From assembly GCA_028023455.1 (NCBI GenBank), contig JAQFVV010000005.1:4526001-4590000 (forward strand): DNA of 64,000 bases, written 5' to 3'. This document shows positions 54,196-64,000 of this stretch, piece by piece. The position numbers and the translations under genes are program-made. Each line of letters starts with the position of its first letter. The first letter of the stretch is position 1. Below the pieces are notes generated by a model, which did no database searches, was not told the origin of the DNA, and saw only the letters and a program-made list of their open reading frames with translations. Origin of the DNA: Epiperipatus broadwayi. Its lineage: Eukaryota; Animalia; Onychophora.

Positions 54196-57100
54196 CATCA
54201 TCATCATCATCATTATCAACCATTATCAATCCACTGCAGGATGAAGGTCTCTCCAAGTTTAATCCATCTTCTCTGATCTTTAGCTTTTTTCTCCACATCA
54301 CCCCTGCACACTTTCTTATTTCATCCATCCATCTCACATGTGGTCTCTTTCTGGGTCTTTTACAATCTCTTGGAATCCAGTTTAAAATTTCAATTGTCCA
54401 TCTATTATCATCTCTTCTAACAATATGTCCAGCCCAACTCCACTTCAATCTTTTAATTTTTTCAATGAGGTCAGTAACACCTGTTTGTTCTCTTACCCAT
54501 ACATTGCGTTTACGATCTCTTCTTGTTACTCCCAACATACATCTCTCCATACTACTTTGAGTGGTCTGAAGTCTCTGAATTGCTCTTCTATTAAGTGTTC
54601 AAGTCTCAGAACCATAAGTAAGAACTGGTAAAACACATTTGTTAAAAACCTTCCTTTTCAAACACATAGGCATATTTCCTTTTAGTATCAGCATATTTCC
54701 TTTTAGTATCAAGTTATTTCTACCAAAAGCACTCCAACCAAGTTTAATTCTATGATTAATTTCCTCCATTATGTTTCCATCTGTATTAATAATCTGACCA
54801 AGGTATTTGTAACTGTTAACTTCTTCTAATTCATCATAATCAATCTTTATTTTCATATTTTGAGCAAATCGATTAAACATTACTTTAGTCTTTTTAACAT
54901 TTATCTTTAGTCCTACTTTCCTACTTTCATCTGATAATTCCTGCAACATATCCTGCAGCTCTGAAGCATTATTTGCAAAAACAACTACATCATCTGCGAA
55001 ATCTAAATGACTTAAATAATCTCCATTTACTTTCACTCCTTTAGTTTCCCATTTTAATCCACAAAATACTTCATGCAGCACTGCTGTAAAAAGTTTTGGA
55101 GATATGGAGTCACCTTGTCTTACACCTTTCTCAATGTTGACTTTCCCAGTGTCATTATGTAATCTAATTGTTGCTGTTGCATTTTTATAAATATTCTTTA
55201 AAATATGACAATATCCTGGATCTATACCTTGATGATCTAATGCTTTAATCACTGAAGAAATGTTTATAGAATCAAATGCCTTTTCATAATCTACAAATCC
55301 TAAGCATAATGCCAACTCACATTCATTTGTTCTTTCTATAACTTCTCTCAAAACCTGGATATGTTCTACTGTACTAAAACCACTTTTAAATCCAGCTTGT
55401 TCTCTTGGTTGGTGGAAATCCAATGTTCTCTGTAGAAGAGTAGTAATTATCTTTGTAAAAATTTTATATAAAACTGATAAAAGGCTGATAGGTCTGTAAT
55501 TTTTAATATCTTCTTTATCACCTTTTTTAAATATTAATATTATTACTGCATTCTTCCAATTATCTGGTACATCTTTATCATTTAGACATTTGGTATATAA
55601 CTTTCCTAAAAAAATTTCTATTTCTTCACCTGCTTCTTTTAATATATCAATTATAATTCCATCATTACCTGGAGCCTTTCCTTTCTTCATACATTTAATT
55701 GCATGTCTCACTTCTTCATTTAAAATTCTGGGCAATTTGGAAGATGTAATAGATATAGGAGGTACTTGTTCTTTATTACTATATAATTCTTGATAAAAAT
55801 CTTCTACCAATTTCATGATGTCATCTCTCCTTTTAGTATTAATTCCATATTTTTTTCTTATTGCAGATATAAATTTCCTACCAATACCAAAATGTTGTTT
55901 TACATTCTTAAGACTTTTATTTTCTTCTACAGCTTCCCTTGCTAGTTCACAGTTATACTTTCTTATATCATTTTCAACTCTTTTCCGCACCATTTTACAA
56001 AATTCGAGATATTCAATTCTTTTTAATGCATCATTTTTGTATATCTTCATATTCCTTCTTTTCTTCATAAATTCTCTGGTCTCAGTAGAAATTTTATTGG
56101 TCAATTGCTGTTTCTTTCTACCAGCTATTTTTGTTGCAGTTTTCAAAAGTGTATCAGTTATTTTCATATTAATTTCATTCAAATCTGAATCATGTTCAAA
56201 ATGTACTAATACTTGAAACCGATTTGTCAGTTCTAATTTAAATTCATTAGAATGTTTCTGAAGATTAGGAATATCAACTGTAAATATTGTTTTTCTTAAT
56301 AATTTTTGTCTCTCTAGTTTTACATTAACACGTATCTTACACCTTACTAATCGATGATCACTTCCTGTGTTAAATTTATTAAGAACATTACAATCTTGAA
56401 ATATGTATTTCCTGTTAGTCAAAATATAATCCAATTCTGCTGTACCTTCATTTGGATGCTTCCATGTCCATTTCCTTTTAACATTTTTCTCAAAAAAAGA
56501 ATTCATAATATAAAGTTTTTCTTTTTCTGCAAACTCCACAAGTCTATGTCCTCTCTCATTTCTATTACCATAACCAAAATTACCCACAGCACTTTCATCT
56601 TTCATTTTTTTACCAATTCTAGCATTAAAGTCTCCCATAACAATTTTAAAATGTTGTTTACTCTGATCAAAAGCCTTTTGTACATTCATATAAAAATCTT
56701 CTACTACTTCATCACTATGAGAACTTGTTGGGTCATAAACCTGAATTATCTGCATTTGGTATCTGCTATTAAGTTGTATAACTAATCTTGCCACTCTGTC
56801 CAATACACCATCAATCTCCACAATATTGTTCTCCCACTTTTTATTTATAATGAATCCTACTCCACTTGTATTTCCAATATTTGTGCCTTTATAATAGAGT
56901 ATATGTCCACTTTTTAAATCAATTGTCTCTTCACCTTTTCTTCTAACTTCACAAAGTCCAATAATGTCCCATTTAATATAAGAGAGTTCTTCTAATTCTT
57001 GAAATCTTCCTTCACTTGAAAGTGATCTGCAGTTGTAAGTACCTAAATAAAAAGTCGTCATCAAATGGCAGCCTGGGTCCGCAATCAGGGGATTCTTAGC

Positions 57101-57516
57101 ACCCTCCACCTTCGGCCACCAACCGCTGCCTTGGTTGGTGACTTTACAGCCTCCTGGGAATAAGGGCCATGCTTTATTTTTGTCTGTCATAATTGTATAT
57201 ATGTATTGGAAAAATATTTATCATTTACACAAACATTCATTCTGCCTTATCAGGCACTGAGAAGAAAGACCATGGTGTTTCTTGAGCTTAAACTCAGAGG
57301 TAAAAAGCCAATAAACTCACCACGCTGGCTAATGCGTGTTGGTGAGCAGCCCATCCATGTTCGTATACTATATGAATAATCACATAGTAATAACAGCTGC
57401 AACGACAAGAACGTATGGAATGGACATTCTGAATTTGCCCTGCTCGGTTCCTTTAAGGCCTCCAAGAGGAATCAAAGGGTCTCCTTTCAGTTAATAGCAA
57501 AATCCTTTCTGCAGCC
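54196..57516 (-). mobile_element. Full-length RTE-clade LINE, nearly intact
   Basis: 13-bp TSD AATATCCAATTAT (54183-54195 / 57517-57529); (GAT)n 3' tail; single APE-RT ORF. Confidence 0.93.
54599..57190 (-). CDS. RTE APE endonuclease-reverse transcriptase, truncated by one premature stop
   Basis: GTYNCRSL, DIIGLCEVR, GDFNARIG, GSDH; NYRPISLL, FVDYEKAFD, GVRQGDSISP, FADD. YGSET-TGA is in frame with downstream MERCMLG.. (54134-54550), i.e. a TGG>TGA change. A 21-bp in-frame duplication gives LILKGNM x2. Confidence 0.93.
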   Translation of the reverse strand: MTDKNKAWPLFPGGCKVTNQGSGWWPKVEGAKNPLIADPGCHLMTTFYLGTYNCRSLSSEGRFQELEELSYIKWDIIGLCEVRRKGEETIDLKSGHILYYKGTNIGNTSGVGFIINKKWENNIVEIDGVLDRVARLVIQLNSRYQMQIIQVYDPTSSHSDEVVEDFYMNVQKAFDQSKQHFKIVMGDFNARIGKKMKDESAVGNFGYGNRNERGHRLVEFAEKEKLYIMNSFFEKNVKRKWTWKHPNEGTAELDYILTNRKYIFQDCNVLNKFNTGSDHRLVRCKIRVNVKLERQKLLRKTIFTVDIPNLQKHSNEFKLELTNRFQVLVHFEHDSDLNEINMKITDTLLKTATKIAGRKKQQLTNKISTETREFMKKRRNMKIYKNDALKRIEYLEFCKMVRKRVENDIRKYNCELAREAVEENKSLKNVKQHFGIGRKFISAIRKKYGINTKRRDDIMKLVEDFYQELYSNKEQVPPISITSSKLPRILNEEVRHAIKCMKKGKAPGNDGIIIDILKEAGEEIEIFLGKLYTKCLNDKDVPDNWKNAVIILIFKKGDKEDIKNYRPISLLSVLYKIFTKIITTLLQRTLDFHQPREQAGFKSGFSTVEHIQVLREVIERTNECELALCLGFVDYEKAFDSINISSVIKALDHQGIDPGYCHILKNIYKNATATIRLHNDTGKVNIEKGVRQGDSISPKLFTAVLHEVFCGLKWETKGVKVNGDYLSHLDFADDVVVFANNASELQDMLQELSDESRKVGLKINVKKTKVMFNRFAQNMKIKIDYDELEEVNSYKYLGQIINTDGNIMEEINHRIKLGWSAFGRNNLILKGNMLILKGNMPMCLKRKVFNKCVLPVLTYGSET

Positions 57517-58101
57517 AATATCCAATTATATAGTTACGTATATACATTGTAGTGGATAAATAGTTCCATATGTAACTCTTCTAGAAGACACCATTAGATA
57601 ATAAATCTAGACTTCTTTCCAATAACCAATTGTAATTTAATAGTGATAATTAATAAAAGAAAATACCAAAGAAAGAAGTTAAGATTATTAGTAAAGTTAC
57701 ACTTACAAACAAATATTGGGAAGTTATGAATTACAAAATGAAATTATTCCAACTAATAATAAATCTTAAAATAAAAGATGTTTACACAGCATGAATTATA
57801 TTTGGACGCCTATTAATTTGGCATATAAATATTTTATTTTTTATAAGTCAAGTAAAGCAGTTATAAAAGAAACAAAATAATTTATTTAAAAATAAAATAA
57901 CAATAATAGTTACCAATATCTAAATCAATACACAAAATTAACAAACACATATATGATTAACAATCTGAGACATTGCCAAAACAAGCCGGGCTACTCTTAT
58001 CTCAATACCTAATATCACAGCAACCTATAAACTGAGAGCTATAAAATTAAGCAATGGATTAAATATTTTGTTATATATAATCTTAACTTTCTACTATAAT
58101 C

Positions 58102-58490
58102 GACAAGAATCTCGGCCTCAGGATGGCCTTTGAGCATTCCATCATCAGATTTTCAATTGGATGGATGGTTGAAGTGTTGGAGTGTGGAATAGATTGAAGC
58201 CTGTCCATTAAAGTATGAGGATTGGCTATTTTAATATATATCTGAGCACTTATAGCATATATGTGTAGAGATGGTAATCTGGACCAACTGATGATTACTG
58301 GTTTAGCATGAAATACGAATATTGGTGATTATTTATCTTTTTGATATATATGTGTTCAGGTGTATCAGTGTTATAAGATAGAGTGGAGAGTGATGGTTTG
58401 TGTGAAAGTCTGTACTCATATACTCTATATATTACATATATAGACACAGGTATATAATAAGCCTGTGTTTCAGTTATAATCATTTAGGTA
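58102..58490 (-). repeat. ~480-bp dispersed repeat family, copy B
   Basis: Reverse complement of 21818-22160, plus the head sequence ATAACTGAAACACAGGC. Confidence 0.75.
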
Positions 58491-59047
58491 ACAGCATAAA
58501 AATAACTATTTTGAAAAACTTCATATATAAAGTATTTAAATATTAATTTTTCGTCATTGCCATATTATTTATAAAGATCTAAACATTATCAATCTCTAAG
58601 AAAGTATTCAAAAACGAAATCATTACAAAATGAAGCCATAGGAATTTATAACTGGAACAACCAAATAATATCAGGCTAAACATATTCAATTGCAAATACA
58701 TACAATATCAGTCAAATCCCATATATATAAAATAAATATTCATCATTATTTAAATAATCATTATTTAAAATTATAAATATATATACATATTATATATTTC
58801 ACAATCTGTATTAAAATGTAACATCTATAAAAGAAAGTAAATTATCATTTATTACATAAGTATTATTTTGCACATTATATTTAAAATGTTTAGAAAATAT
58901 TACTTGCATTTGGCTTGTAAAAGTACACACATAGTGCAATTTAAAATAATTAACATCAGCATAATATTTATATGAACAACACTTTATTATAAATAAAAAT
59001 GTAAATATATAAATTTATTAAGTGCTAGCAGATATCTAATAATAATG

Positions 59048-59284
59048 TACAAGGCTAAAACCTTCAACAGAAGCACCTTAAAAATGCTTATGTGACAGCC
59101 AATCGGATGTAATAATGACTGCATGTGGAACTCTCAATTCAAGAACACAAGTCAGAACCCGTCTTTTTCTTGTGTTCTGGCTTGTGTTCTTGAATTGAGA
59201 ATTCCACATGCAGTCATTATTACATCTGATTGGCTGTCACATAAGCATTTTTAAGGCACTTCTGTTGAAGGTTTTAGCTTTGTA
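59048..59284. repeat. Near-perfect fold-back element (MITE-like; ~110-bp arms, ~15-nt loop)
   Basis: TACAAGGCTAAAACCTTCAACAGAAG..CAGAAC / GTTCTG..CTTCTGTTGAAGGTTTTAGCTTTGTA. Confidence 0.9.
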
Positions 59285-60173
59285 TTTATTATAAATAAAA
59301 ATATGTAATGAAGATTTATAAATTATTTTGTAGTTTTAACTTATTTACCATTAATGTTATCCAAAGCTATGATACAATAGACACTCTTTCACTATAATAA
59401 CACTTTATTTGAAATATAGAAGAGAGGCCTAAATTAAGATGTAGAAAAATCATGGTGTTTCCAGCAATTGATATTTATGAGGTAATCCTATTTATGATAA
59501 ATGAAAACATGAATAAATAAATTATTCATTTGAGTCTTGATTCCCAAATTTTCAAAACTATTTATTTACAAGTTTGGTGTGAGAGATTAAAATCCAATAC
59601 TTTCCTTTTTAAAATTTAGTAGCTGACAACCTTGTTCAATATTGGCTATTTGTCAATAGAACATTAAGTACTGCTTTAGTCTATTTAAAAGTATATTAAA
59701 ACAAATACACATAAATTCTTGAAATTACTATTCTAAATTAAACACTTGAATTTCTTTTTAAATTATTGTTAAATAAAATCAATTTTTTTATATAAAAGTA
59801 GTGTATAATGTCTTTCAAATAATAACAACTCAATACTTTAAAATATTAATGATGTCACACTTTTAAATTAATAAAATTTATTTTTATATGCTTACTCACT
59901 TTATACAGCAAGGAAATATATTCCAAAGGAATATACTATTTCATATATATATAAATTGTAACTGAGCCATTCAATAGCAGCTCGTATGAGTTATATTGTA
60001 AAGTTTGCATACAAAAATTGTTTATTAAAGAACTTGTATAAATTGAAAAATAAATATATAAACTGCTTTAAAAGTTAAAAGAAAAGCTACTGTGCACATT
60101 TAATCATATTGTTAAATATTTTACAAGGTTACTTTGTAATGAGTCTGAAATAATGAAGTGATAAATTGCAATG

Positions 60174-60202
60174 TAAAAAAAGAAAGAGAGAGAAAGAAAG
60201 AG

Positions 60203-60265
<63 letters not shown>

Positions 60266-60268
60266 AAA
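60174..60268 (+). repeat. (GAAA)n microsatellite
   Basis: Direct sequence. Confidence 0.97.
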
Positions 60269-62857
60269 GTAATTTTGATACATACAAATAAAAATTATAA
60301 TGACTTTAAACCATTTTTGGTTTGCCTTTTTTTTAAGAAACTATTAAATAAAGTCTCCCACATTTTGATAGTAAATTTGATGGCAAAACTAAATATATTA
60401 AAGTTTTGGAGTAAATAATATTTTAAAAGTTATCATTTAAAATTTTAATTTTTGCAATGATTCTTTTTTTCTATTGCCAACTTAATACCAAATCATAATT
60501 TTAAAAATGTTTTCAAAAAATATGTTGTTGTAAGGAAACAAATGAATTCTTTTAACTAGCTAGTGATGAATCCATCATTTGGAAAATGTGTTGAACAACA
60601 TCAAATAAAAATAAATAGTTTCAAAACACATAACTAAGTCAATCCATTACAGGCAGGCTAGGCTATTTTAGTTTATTTGAAGAATCAACTTAAGATGTAA
60701 TGTTACAATGATCTAATGCTCAGGGCAAAAAGAGCTGATTAAAATTTCTTTTCACTATAACCTGGATAGCTATATCTGGTTGATTGTTTAAGAGCAATTT
60801 TCAATATTTTATTTGTAACAACAAGTATGGTGTGACTTTAAGTAACAGAAATATGTGTAGCTAGACAACAAAAACTACACCAAACAAAATATCCCCAAAA
60901 TGCAGTTGAATCCAGAAACTAACACTGAATTTTCCAAAGTGCTTGCCTTAATAATGCCATGGAAAAAAAGACCTATGCTGTAAGAACTACACCTAAGACT
61001 ATAGCCTATCTAATGTCACTAATGCTGCTAAATTTACTCTCTAACATCACCAATGTTCAAGGAGAAGAACTCCAATCCTAAGAGGAATTAATGAAAGAAT
61101 CGTAAATATATTAAACAATATCTGCAAAGAACCATCGTTTGAAACTTTAAATATTTCACATGATAAGATCTCATTATTATAGATATTATAAAATCTTAAA
61201 TTTAAAATATTTTTATCATCATTATATTTAATATTTTGTGTATGCACAAATGATTGCAAGTATAATGCAACAGTTTTTATTTATACATAGTAAATAAATT
61301 ATTTTTTTATTAATCCACTTAGTTTTTGTTTTCTTCTCGGACTTATTCCAACCATAATACTTTTAACATCCATTATGCTTGTGTTATCCACAATCCTGAC
61401 AAATCATGCAGTCCATTGATGAACATGTAGGGATGGCAGTAACAACATGTAAATGATGGCAATCAAAAGCTAATAAGTTTCCTAAAAATAAATTTCCTTT
61501 AGAAGGTATATCATCTTAAAGTTTCAATTCTTTTATTGAAATAAGGAAAACAAATTAAAAATACTTGGACCTCTACAAAGGTTATAAATCATCTTTATTA
61601 CTATCTTCCTATTAGTTGATATTAATATATATTTGTATTGAATTATTTCTTTTGAATTTTACTCGCCATTCTGCTTTCAAATATAAATATTTATATGAAT
61701 CAAAATTTACCATTCGTATATTTTTGCTTCTAGGTTCAAACCCACTTACTGTTGAATATCTACCATTATATATTTGGTAGAAACAATGTTGTAGCCCAAG
61801 CATCTGTTTCTTCTGCACAACTCTATGACTATATAGTCACATAATGTACTGAATATTACAGCATAAATACATTTAGCATTTTGTGATTTATATTTAATAA
61901 GTAATATATAATAAATGTTTGAAATAAGAAATTAGATTTGCAAGTTTATAAAAAAATGTATGTACTAACTTTATGAAAGCAGTAGTAAGCAGAGTAATAA
62001 TTAGCAAATAGCCGTATATATAAAATTAAAAAAACAAAATAAATAAATAATGTATATATAAATAATGTATTTTTTATTATATATAAATAAATAATGTATA
62101 TATAAAGATATATCACATCATTCTGTAGAAGATTGCATATGAAGGCTGTTGAGGCTGGTGTGTTATTTAATGATAGAATATTAAAAAAAATATATTTGTT
62201 TGTAAATCTGCTCAAAAAGGATCCTTAACAAGAGTATTATAGAATGTTTAGTTTTATTTATATATATGATAATGATAATACATTCAAAAATAACACAAGA
62301 ACCATTACAGTCAATGGAAACAGAGCTGATAGAGCAAGAAGCCATTCTAGCAAAGCAAAAGCCTTTAGAAAAAAAACCTGATACATTTAATATTGAAATG
62401 TTATATAAAATTATGAACAAAATGCAACAGAAAAATCAAGAAATACTGCAAAAACAACCTAAAGAAATGCATTCAAGAAAATGAAGAAACAATAAAAAAA
62501 TCAAGAAATGGTAAAATATTTAAAGAAATGCATCAAGAAATGAAAAAAAGTGTAAAGTAGTACAAGAAACTATAAGCAGCCTAAGCTAGAAATAACAGTT
62601 CAAATACAATAGCAAGTAGAATAGAAAATGGAGTACATAGAAAGAAAATTACATAGTGATTTAAATGAAATGGTTCAAAAATCTATTTTCCAGGAAAGTG
62701 TTTAAAATATAGTAAAAAAAATGGAAAAACTGAAAGTGAGAGAAATAAATAGAAATGAAGATCAAATTGAAAATTCATTATTTAAAGAAAATCTCATAGA
62801 CACTCAAGAGAAGGTGCAGAAAACTCCGAAATAATTATAAATGACATAAAGTGGCAT

Positions 62858-63455
62858 AAAATACATATATTGGTGATTATTTATATTTTTGACATATATG
62901 TGTTCAAGTGGATCAGTGATATGAGATAAAGTGGTGTGTCACGTGAAAGTCTGTGCTCATATTCCCTATATATCACCTATATTGATACAGGTATATAATA
63001 AGCCTGTATTTCAGTTATTACAAAGTAGAGATGTCTGTCCATCTTTGGTATATGTATAAAATGGATTATGTCCTGTACATGAGGGGTCAGATTGACTTTA
63101 GGTCAACATGGGTGTGACAAGAATCTTGGCTTCAGTGTGTCCTTTGAGCGTTTCATCATCAGATTTTCAATTGGATGGATGGTTGAAGAGTTGGAGTGTG
63201 GAGTGGATTGAAGCCTATCCATTAAAGTATGGGGATTGGTTATCTTAATATATGTCTGAGCACTTATTGCATATATGTATAGAGATGATAATCTGGACCA
63301 ACTGATGATTGCTGATTTATCATGAAATACATATATTGGTGATTATTTATCTTTTCAATATATATATATGCGTGTGTGTGTTCGAGTGTGTCAATGACAT
63401 GAGATAGAGTGGTGAGTGGTGGGTCATGTGAAAATCTGTGCTCATATACCCTATA
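62858..63455 (-). repeat. ~480-bp dispersed repeat family, head-to-tail partial dimer (copies C and D)
   Basis: 63030-63455 is the reverse complement of 21818-22231; 62858-63018 repeats the head of the unit. Confidence 0.75.
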
Positions 63456-64000
63456 TATAAAAATAGATTTTGTAAAAATAAAAAAAGATACACAAAATTA
63501 GTTTGTAAAAACTATAAAAGAATTTAAGGAAGATAATAAAGGTGATACCACAAAGAATGATGAAAAACAAGATGTGAAGAAAATTAAATATAGAAGTTTT
63601 CAAAATTATAAAGCCTACAAAAAATGGCTAAATAATATAAAAAGATCAATAAGAATAAAATGCTTTAATAGTATTCTAAGTTTTAATCAATGAATTATTA
63701 TTGACAGATCATCAAGTTTAACTGCCTGTGCACCAAATGGGAAAAAATATGGGGGGGGGGGGGCAAAAAAGGTAAAAAATCCACACCAGAATAAAAAGAA
63801 TGTTAGATTTTTCAGGTCATCCCAACTAATATCTCCACCACTAAAGAAATATCTGGAGAGCGATAAACTTAATTTTAGAAAATTAAATTTTCTGTTGATC
63901 CTGGGCTTGTTAAAAGGGAAAATGTTTATAAAGAAATGAACTTATATAATGAATTAGAAGATAAAATATTTGACAATACTGAAAGTGACATTAAAATGAA

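Noticed and set aside
54425-56785. Plus-strand ORFs of 67-143 aa
   Set aside because: Antisense shadows of the RTE ORF.
60158-60418. KERK-repeat ORF
   Set aside because: Artefact of the (GAAA)n microsatellite.
62266-62850. Glu/Lys/Gln-rich coiled-coil-like ORF
   Set aside because: Low complexity, many stops and no recognisable motif. It may be a TE ORF1 relic but cannot be supported.
63140-63170. CTGATGA-T-GAAACGCTC on the minus strand as a hammerhead
   Set aside because: There is no stem II and the GAAA is not conserved in the other copies (GGAATGC). It is better explained as LINE-derived coding sequence.

Overview
This is a very AT-rich, CpG-depleted animal (probably invertebrate) nuclear region dominated by nested, mostly decayed transposable elements. 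There are no CRISPR arrays, rRNA genes or prokaryotic features. Recognisable elements are: a Buster-type hAT deletion derivative with TIRs and an 8-bp TSD; several Penelope-like (PLE; RT + GIY-YIG) remnants, two with the typical inverted 3' arm; a degraded RTE/BovB-type LINE; a 6.2-kb L1/Tx1-type LINE with a 14-bp TSD and a second, apparently 5'-inverted LINE fragment inserted into the (AAT)n tract of its ORF1; a CR1/jockey-type RT split by a 2.1-kb TG..CA insert (probable solo LTR); a 2-kb integrase-only Gypsy LTR element; a near-intact full-length RTE LINE with a 13-bp TSD; and four tRNA-Gly-derived SINEs. Host-like coding sequence is limited to a spliced but repeatedly frameshifted ~1050-codon gene on the minus strand (47.9-51.3 kb) and an orphan, stop-containing WW4 exon of a NEDD4-family E3 ligase. 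The most interesting signal is a non-coding fold-back repeat family with 7 loci in 64 kb. Its unit contains a type I hammerhead ribozyme fold: CUGAUGA/GAAA core, bipartite stem I and a palindromic ACTAGT loop III. It always inserts as an inverted arm plus a tailed arm, i.e. like a Penelope pLTR-derived or retrozyme-like element. All assignments are by eye from the sequence and ORF track; no searches were run.
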